Origin: Candidatus Gottesmanbacteria bacterium
Lineage (GTDB): Bacteria; Patescibacteriota; Microgenomatia; UBA10105; UBA927
Direction: 5' to 3'
Length of the DNA: 64,000 bases
NCBI GenBank assembly: GCA_016214885.1
Contig: JACRMP010000005.1
Coordinates: forward strand, 70,725 to 134,724
Part shown: one piece after another, positions 63,603-64,000 of the stretch
Layout of the letters: every line of letters starts with the position of its first letter
How positions within the stretch are numbered: position 1 is the first letter of the stretch
Made by a program: the position numbers and the translations under genes
The notes under the pieces: model-generated
Databases searched by the model: none
What the model was told of the DNA's origin: nothing
Seen by the model: the letters and a program-made list of their open reading frames with translations, nothing else

Positions 63603-63983
63603 TCATTTAAGATCCGTGGAATAGATTTTACCCTCTGCGAGCAAAAAAAGCTTGCCGGAAGATTCTGACACGACAAGTGAAGTCGGCTGGAAGCCTGCTT
63701 TCCATACATACTGCGCCATATATAATCCGTCCTTATCAAACACCACCACCCGCTGATACTCATGGTCTAAGACATACACCATTTTGAGCTCGTCGTGCGT
63801 ATATACACTAAGCCGTTTGCCAAGCGGCATATCCATCCCCTGAAGCGAATAGCTGTTTTCCTTCCCCTGTGTAAACCGCATGACTACCCCGTTGGTTGTC
63901 CCCAGCCACACGGATCCGTCAATAGACAGGTTAGTTGCATGAGATAAATCCGGAAGCGTATCGGGGTTTAAGTATTCAAACAA
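63603..63983 (-). CDS. Hypothetical protein (beta-rich), near window edge
   Basis: A 126-aa ORF with no recognised motif. Possibly complete. Confidence 0.3.
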   Translation of the reverse strand: MFEYLNPDTLPDLSHATNLSIDGSVWLGTTNGVVMRFTQGKENSYSLQGMDMPLGKRLSVYTHDELKMVYVLDHEYQRVVVFDKDGLYMAQYVWKAGFQPTSLVVSESSGKLFLLAEGKIYSTDLK

Positions 63984-64000
63984 CTCACTGAAGCCTTTTT

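Noticed and set aside
1-64000. Search for CRISPR arrays, rRNA genes, transposases and integrases
   Set aside because: No regularly spaced direct repeats, no rRNA-like conserved stretches, and no DDE transposase, tyrosine recombinase or serine recombinase motifs were seen in any long ORF.

Overview
Reading by eye (motifs and context only, no database searches), this 64 kb window looks like a compact, gene-dense bacterial genome segment of roughly 45-50% GC (by eye). Most genes are short and tightly packed, small membrane proteins are frequent, and SD-type (GGAGG) ribosome-binding sites are strong. The content is consistent with a reduced-genome Patescibacteria/CPR-like organism, but this is inference only. 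Housekeeping anchors are TypA/BipA, RpoD, DnaG, SmpB with a downstream tmRNA candidate, ComF, thiamine pyrophosphokinase, seven type I/II tRNAs (five Ser isoacceptors, two Arg), two NUDIX hydrolases, an FTR1 iron permease and a DMT transporter. Accessory content: (1) A type IV pilus / type II secretion-like module of six minus-strand genes: a major pilin, three pseudopilins, a 668-aa giant pilin with an LVIVD-type beta-propeller, and a hypothetical gene. It is separated from its PilB ATPase and PilC platform genes by an inserted set of four genes: sensor histidine kinase, ThiF/E1-like adenylyltransferase, PaaK/CapK-like adenylate-forming ligase, and a single-domain response regulator. Three of the four (kinase, E1-like and ligase genes) are co-directional with the pilins and appear co-operonic. 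This is the most interesting candidate system in the window. (2) A glycan and glycosylation region: two ArnT/PMT-like GT-C glycosyltransferases, a GlgA-like GT5, a GH77 4-alpha-glucanotransferase fused to a HAD domain, two methyltransferases, an FkbM methyltransferase, a QueC-like PP-loop enzyme, a PLP decarboxylase, two Thr-nucleophile sulfatase-like paralogs, and an arylsulfotransferase-like beta-propeller. (3) Two paralogous multi-TM spermidine-synthase-like fusion proteins flanking a metallophosphoesterase. (4) A SET-domain protein. (5) A tRNA-Ser-rich segment interspersed with DUF4406-like paralogs, an HTH/LAGLIDADG-like ORF, a frameshifted HD-domain gene, and one type II tRNA with an unusual ACU anticodon loop. 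No CRISPR array, rRNA, transposase or integrase was recognised.
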